From NCBI GenBank assembly GCA_024653325.1, contig JANLFX010000004.1, positions 6,628 through 70,627 on the forward strand: 64,000 bases of DNA, in the 5' to 3' direction. This DNA is from Anaerolineae bacterium (GTDB lineage: Bacteria > Chloroflexota > Anaerolineae > JACIWR01). Position 1 is the stretch's first letter. Each line of letters opens with the position of its first letter. Positions 59,900 to 64,000 of the stretch are shown here, one piece after another. Under the pieces are notes generated by a model that saw only the letters and a list, made by a program, of their open reading frames with translations, ran no database searches and was not told the DNA's origin. Made by a program: the position numbers and the translations under genes.

Positions 59900-60598
59900 A
59901 TGGAGTTACTGGACTATCTGAGAATCCTGCGCCGACGCGGCTGGATCATCATTCTCCTTGCTGTGATCGCCGCTGCCAGCGCCTACGGCTTCAGTAAAAC
60001 CATGACACCCATCTACCGCGCCGAGATCAAACTCAATGTCATCCCCGCCCGCGCTGACTGGGGACTGAGCAACACAGCCAAAGACCTGCTGCGCAACTAC
60101 GGAGTCAATATCCACTCTCACAAAACAGCGCAGAAGATCATTGATCGGGCCCAACTGGACATGACCACTTACGAACTGCTGGAGAAAATGAATGTTAACC
60201 CCGAAACGTCCGATTTCACCATCCTGATCGATGCCAAAGACCCTAATCCGAATGTGGCCATCCAGATCGTGCAAACCGCAGCCGAGGTCTTTGTCGAGCG
60301 TCAACGCGAATGGAATGCCCAACAAGACAAACAGGACCGGATAGACGTTTCTATTGTTGACGACGCCCGTGATGCACCTCTCTACTCGCCCAAGACCAAA
60401 ATCAATACCCTGGCGGGAGGAATAGCCGGGGCGCTGCTGGGCGGGATCATTGTCTTCTTCCTGGAGTGGTTGGAATCGAGCGTGGTGCGCTCCTCGCAGG
60501 ATGTGGAACGCGCCCTGGGCATTCCTGTGCTGGGCGCTATCCCGGTCACTTCTGATGGCAGTGGGACGCGACGTCTGCTGCGCATTCGCACAAAATGA
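59900..60598 (+). CDS. Polysaccharide co-polymerase modulator (CapA/YwqC/Wzz-N type, PCP2b)
   Basis: N-terminal TM (WIIILLAVIAAASAYGF) plus Wzz-type motif and C-terminal TM. GAGGAGG RBS. Confidence 0.7.
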   Translation: MELLDYLRILRRRGWIIILLAVIAAASAYGFSKTMTPIYRAEIKLNVIPARADWGLSNTAKDLLRNYGVNIHSHKTAQKIIDRAQLDMTTYELLEKMNVNPETSDFTILIDAKDPNPNVAIQIVQTAAEVFVERQREWNAQQDKQDRIDVSIVDDARDAPLYSPKTKINTLAGGIAGALLGGIIVFFLEWLESSVVRSSQDVERALGIPVLGAIPVTSDGSGTRRLLRIRTK

Positions 60599-60615
60599 GC
60601 CAGGAGGAAATCTGA

Positions 60616-61281
60616 ATGGCCTTAAACGATCTGATTACCGTCACCAACCCCCGCTCACCAATTAGCGAGGCTTTTCGCACCCTGCGCACCAACTTAGAAT
60701 TCTCCAGCCTGGATCACCCTTTGCACACCATGGTCGTCACCACAGCCACACCTGAGGAGGGTAAGTCCACCACCTTGGCCAATCTGGCAGTGATCATGGC
60801 CGAGGGCGGCAAGCGAGTCATTTTGGTGGACTGCGATCTGCGCCGACCGGCATTGCACGACATTTTCGGAATACCCAACGACGAAGGGCTAACGGCCATG
60901 CTGCGCAACAACGCGGCATTGAACGACCCCCCCTTGCAGGAGGTGGGCATCGAGGGCTTATCACTGCTGCCCAGCGGTCCTCTACCCGCCGACCCGGTCG
61001 TGTTGCTGGGCTCGCGACGCATGGGAGAAGTTATCGCCACCCTAAAAGAACGAGCTGACCTGGTCCTTTTCGACGCGCCCCCCGTGGTGGCCGTTACCGA
61101 CGCTGCCGTACTTGCCGCTCGGACCGATGGTGTGCTCCTCCTCCTGCGAGCCGGAAGCACCCGCCGCGAATACGCGCAGCGTGCCAAAGAGCTGCTGGAA
61201 AAAGTCAACGTGCGCATAATCGGAGCTGTGCTCTGCAATGCACCTTTTGATGCAACATTCCGGCGCTACTACGCGACGTAG
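60616..61281 (+). CDS. BY-kinase (CapB/YwqD/CpsD-type tyrosine-protein kinase ATPase)
   Basis: Walker A TTATPEEGKSTTLANLAV and Walker A'/B (ILVDCDLRRP, LVLFDAPPV). GGAGGA RBS. Confidence 0.8.
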   Translation: MALNDLITVTNPRSPISEAFRTLRTNLEFSSLDHPLHTMVVTTATPEEGKSTTLANLAVIMAEGGKRVILVDCDLRRPALHDIFGIPNDEGLTAMLRNNAALNDPPLQEVGIEGLSLLPSGPLPADPVVLLGSRRMGEVIATLKERADLVLFDAPPVVAVTDAAVLAARTDGVLLLLRAGSTRREYAQRAKELLEKVNVRIIGAVLCNAPFDATFRRYYAT

Positions 61282-61320
61282 AACGGGCTTAAGCCATTCT
61301 ACAATGGGAGTGAGATTGTA

Positions 61321-62715
61321 ATGAAAACAACTTTAATCTACGCCGGAATCTCCGGCTACGGATTCAACAGCCTGGGCCGAGGCATGGAAGCCGGCTGGAT
61401 CAGCCATGGTCTGGCCCATTTAAGCAGTGCTGCCAAAAGCGCAGGTTTCGAGATTGATCTTATTGACCTGCGGGCCCTGAAAGGATGGGAAGATTTTCGC
61501 ACCGAAATCGAGAAGCGTCGGCCAAACGTGACCGGACTGACCATGATGAGCGTGGACTACAATCCGGTGATGCAGTGTGTAGACATGATCAAAGACATTG
61601 ACCCCCAAATCGTCACCGTGGTCGGCGGGCCGCATCCCACCCTGGCTTTGGATGAGGTGGCTGCCAATCCCCATATTGATTACATCGTCACCCACGAAGG
61701 GGAGATAACCTTTCCCAAACTGCTGGCGGCTATCCGCGATGGAAATCCGCCCCAGGAACGGGTCCTCCACGGCGAGATGCCCATCTTGGACAACCTGCCC
61801 TTCCCGGACCGCGACCTGTTTCTCGACGAGTGGCGACGCTGGGGCTACGATCTTGACTCGCCGGAGGTGCCCTTCGTCCCGGAACTACCACCACCTTTTC
61901 TGACCATAATTGCCGGCCGGGGATGTAAATACAACTGCAATTTCTGCCAGCCCGCCGAGCGCATCCTTTTTGGCCGTCAGGTGCGCCGTCGCAGTGCGCC
62001 CAACATCATCGCCGAGCTGAAAATCCTGCGCGATAAGTACCACTTCGCCTCCCTCATGTTCCACGATGACACCCTGACTGAGGATCGAGAGTGGGTGCGC
62101 GAATTCTGCCGTCTCTACCAGGAAGAGGGCTTCACCCAACCGTTTTTCTGTCAATCGCGGGCGGACATCATCGTCCGTCACGAAGACATGGTCAAGCTGA
62201 TGGCGGACGCTGGCTGTCGGGGCTATTTCATTGGCTTCGAGAGCGGAAACGACCGGGTGCTCAAATTCCTGCGCAAAGGTACTACCCGCGAGATGAACTT
62301 GCAAGCAGCGCGCATCTGCCGGAAATACGGCATCTCCATCTGGGCCAACTACATGCTAGGCATCCCTACCGAGACCAAAGAAGAGGTCATGGATACCATC
62401 TCCATGCTCAAGGAAATTGATCCGGACTACTACAGCCCGGCTTTCTACACCCCCCATCCGGGCAGTGATTTGTATGAATACTGCGTCGAAAACGACTTAT
62501 CGCTCATCACCAGCCACGACCAGTACCGACGCAACCCCACCGAGACCAAAATCAGAGGCCAGGACTACGAATTCCTGCAATGGGCGCTCGTTGAATCACA
62601 ACGGCGCACCAGGTGGAACGCAGCCAAACGCCAGGCTAAATACTACTGGCAACGCTATGCTCAACCACGCAAAGCCCTGCGCAAACTGCGGCGGTTAATG
62701 ACCAGGACAACATAG
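61321..62715 (+). CDS. B12-binding domain radical SAM protein (class B)
   Basis: N-terminal B12-binding-like domain. rSAM cluster motif GRGCKYNCNFCQP (C-x3-C-x2-C). Confidence 0.8.
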   Translation: MKTTLIYAGISGYGFNSLGRGMEAGWISHGLAHLSSAAKSAGFEIDLIDLRALKGWEDFRTEIEKRRPNVTGLTMMSVDYNPVMQCVDMIKDIDPQIVTVVGGPHPTLALDEVAANPHIDYIVTHEGEITFPKLLAAIRDGNPPQERVLHGEMPILDNLPFPDRDLFLDEWRRWGYDLDSPEVPFVPELPPPFLTIIAGRGCKYNCNFCQPAERILFGRQVRRRSAPNIIAELKILRDKYHFASLMFHDDTLTEDREWVREFCRLYQEEGFTQPFFCQSRADIIVRHEDMVKLMADAGCRGYFIGFESGNDRVLKFLRKGTTREMNLQAARICRKYGISIWANYMLGIPTETKEEVMDTISMLKEIDPDYYSPAFYTPHPGSDLYEYCVENDLSLITSHDQYRRNPTETKIRGQDYEFLQWALVESQRRTRWNAAKRQAKYYWQRYAQPRKALRKLRRLMTRTT

Positions 62716-62763
62716 TGATACACCACTTGTCGCCAGCGACGAAGGCGTCCTGAAACCGGTCAT

Positions 62764-63042
62764 TTGGGAACAACTATGTCCAATCCGACGATATACCGCT
62801 ATCCAAGACAGGTTATTCGCAATCCCGATGGCACAGTTACCGAGGTTGAAAGAAATCTCAGGCAGAATGGTGACGTGTCAATCATTGTAAAGGTGAAAGA
62901 TTCGACAGGACATTACCTGGTGGTATATCATCTAGTTTACGACTCCGAGGGACAGTTGGTACACGGTCCACACGAGATTCCCGGTAGTCGAGATGCCGAC
63001 TATGATAAGCCATTTCCACGCGGTATTGGGAGGCAGCCATGA
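62764..63042 (+). CDS. Hypothetical small protein (beta-rich), translationally coupled to the next ORF
   Basis: ORF only; stop overlaps the next start (ATGA). No family recognised. Confidence 0.3.
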   Translation: MGTTMSNPTIYRYPRQVIRNPDGTVTEVERNLRQNGDVSIIVKVKDSTGHYLVVYHLVYDSEGQLVHGPHEIPGSRDADYDKPFPRGIGRQP

Positions 63043-63362
63043 GCATGGCTCTGATAAAAGAAACGGTCAAGAGAATTGACGACTTCCTGTCAGGAAAGAG
63101 TACAAGAGAAGAGACGTGGCAATGGGCAATCAACATTCTGACCCAGCAGACTTTCGGTGCCGATGAGCTGCTTTTAGAAGAAGCCATCACCGCTCTAGCA
63201 TGCCTGCACGATGCAGATGATCGCCTTGACACTGCGAATGAAGACCTAATTTATTTCAGAAATTGCCTGCTGGAGAAGACGCCGTACGCCATCTCCGTGG
63301 AATTCCCCGCGACACGGGTGGCAGATGAAAGAACAGACTATACAACCCCTGAGGAGGACTGA
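63039..63362 (+). CDS. Hypothetical small acidic helical protein
   Basis: ORF only; acidic C-terminus (…TPEED). No family recognised. Confidence 0.3.
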   Translation: MSMALIKETVKRIDDFLSGKSTREETWQWAINILTQQTFGADELLLEEAITALACLHDADDRLDTANEDLIYFRNCLLEKTPYAISVEFPATRVADERTDYTTPEED

Positions 63363-63365
63363 CCA

Positions 63366-64000
63366 TTGCGAAACCTGCTTATCACCGGCGGAGCCGGCTT
63401 CATCGGCTCCAACTTCGTGCGTTACATGCTGGAAACATATCCTGATTATCACCTGGTCGTTTACGATAAGCTGACCTATGCCGGTAATTTGGACAATCTC
63501 AAAGACGTGGCCGAGCGCTTTGTTGGTCGCTATGCCTTCGTCCAGGGCGACATCGCCGACGCGGGCAAAGTGGACGAGGTGATGCGGGAACATGAAATAG
63601 ACACCATCGTCAATTTCGCTGCCGCTACCCACGTGGACCGCTCGCTGATGGAACCGGATGAGTTCATCCGTACCGATGTCTTCGGCACCTACGTGCTCTT
63701 GGAAGCCGCCAAGAAGTTCGGAGTGGAACGCTATCATCAGGTCAGCAGTGTGACTGGCGATACTCCATTGCTGGTGCGCGATGAGCGAACCGGTGAGATC
63801 AGCCTGCGTGCAATTGCCGACTTAGCAAATGTGCCCCTAGACCAATTCTCGGTGCTGACATTGACCCCGGATTTCCAGGTGACTTTTCGCCGCATGGGGC
63901 GTCTGATCAGTCACCCGGCCCATGAGATTTACGAGATCACCTTCAATGGCGGTGGTCAGGTGCGGGTAACCGCTTCTCATTCCATCTTCATCTTCGAAGG
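63366..64000 (+). CDS. rfbB: dTDP-glucose 4,6-dehydratase (RmlB/RfbB), 3'-partial, interrupted by an intein beginning at Ser after …RYHQVS (intein continues past the window end)
   Basis: TTG start with GAGGAGG RBS. LITGGAGFIGSNFV Rossmann, …LTYAGN…, …NFAAATHVDRS…GTYVLLEAA… match RmlB up to the conserved HxxS preceding the catalytic TDE. Confidence 0.8.
   Translation, partial: MRNLLITGGAGFIGSNFVRYMLETYPDYHLVVYDKLTYAGNLDNLKDVAERFVGRYAFVQGDIADAGKVDEVMREHEIDTIVNFAAATHVDRSLMEPDEFIRTDVFGTYVLLEAAKKFGVERYHQVSSVTGDTPLLVRDERTGEISLRAIADLANVPLDQFSVLTLTPDFQVTFRRMGRLISHPAHEIYEITFNGGGQVRVTASHSIFIFE
63738..64000 (+). mobile_element. Intein (Hint domain), N-terminal part: Ser1 nucleophile, block A SVTGDTPLLV, block B RVTASHSIFIF
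   Basis: Block A and block B (TxxH) consensus read directly from the translation. Inserted exactly between HQVS and the expected TDEVYG of the host dehydratase. Confidence 0.75.

Overview
High-GC (Chloroflexi-like, inferred from composition and gene content only) 64-kb window. (1) Positions 1-24206 are one co-directional (+) cluster of about 18 genes for a surface polysaccharide. It holds a DUF11-repeat surface protein, several GT4/GT1 glycosyltransferases, a Wzz-like co-polymerase, an O-antigen-ligase/polymerase-like membrane protein, an AsnB-like amidotransferase, a heparinase II/III-like (PL15/PL17-fold) protein, a secreted protein, a BNR/Asp-box beta-propeller protein, a CE4-like deacetylase, an AlgD-type GDP-mannose 6-dehydrogenase, a FemAB-like transferase and a GNAT. 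It ends at tRNA-Arg(TCT). (2) Housekeeping genes follow: recJ, ybaK-like deacylase, saccharopine-DH-like, cupin, FAD oxidoreductase, uvrA. (3) A LacI-regulated oligosaccharide utilisation locus follows: LacI, SBP, 2 permeases, 2 ATPases, GH3 with PA14. Candidate palindromic operators are present and a dispersed intergenic repeat flanks it. (4) An IS remnant, two DUF3795 Cys-rich genes (one frameshifted) flanking an alpha/alpha-toroid-like ORF, and small ABM/DUF4242/FAD-oxidoreductase/REC genes. (5) A LuxR-type response regulator and a GAF histidine kinase are split by a REP-flanked RAYT (IS200-like tyrosine transposase). The REP palindrome encodes the last 12 aa and the stop codon of the kinase. 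(6) A small triple-repeat membrane protein sits divergent from a BTAD-AAA-TPR STAND regulator, followed by an SplB-like radical SAM gene. (7) A second glycan module: CapA/CapB-type split co-polymerase/BY-kinase, a B12-radical SAM gene, two translationally coupled small ORFs, and a dTDP-glucose 4,6-dehydratase gene interrupted by a Ser1 intein at the catalytic TDE motif (truncated by the window edge). All calls rest on reading motifs in the translated ORFs and the DNA; no database searches were possible.
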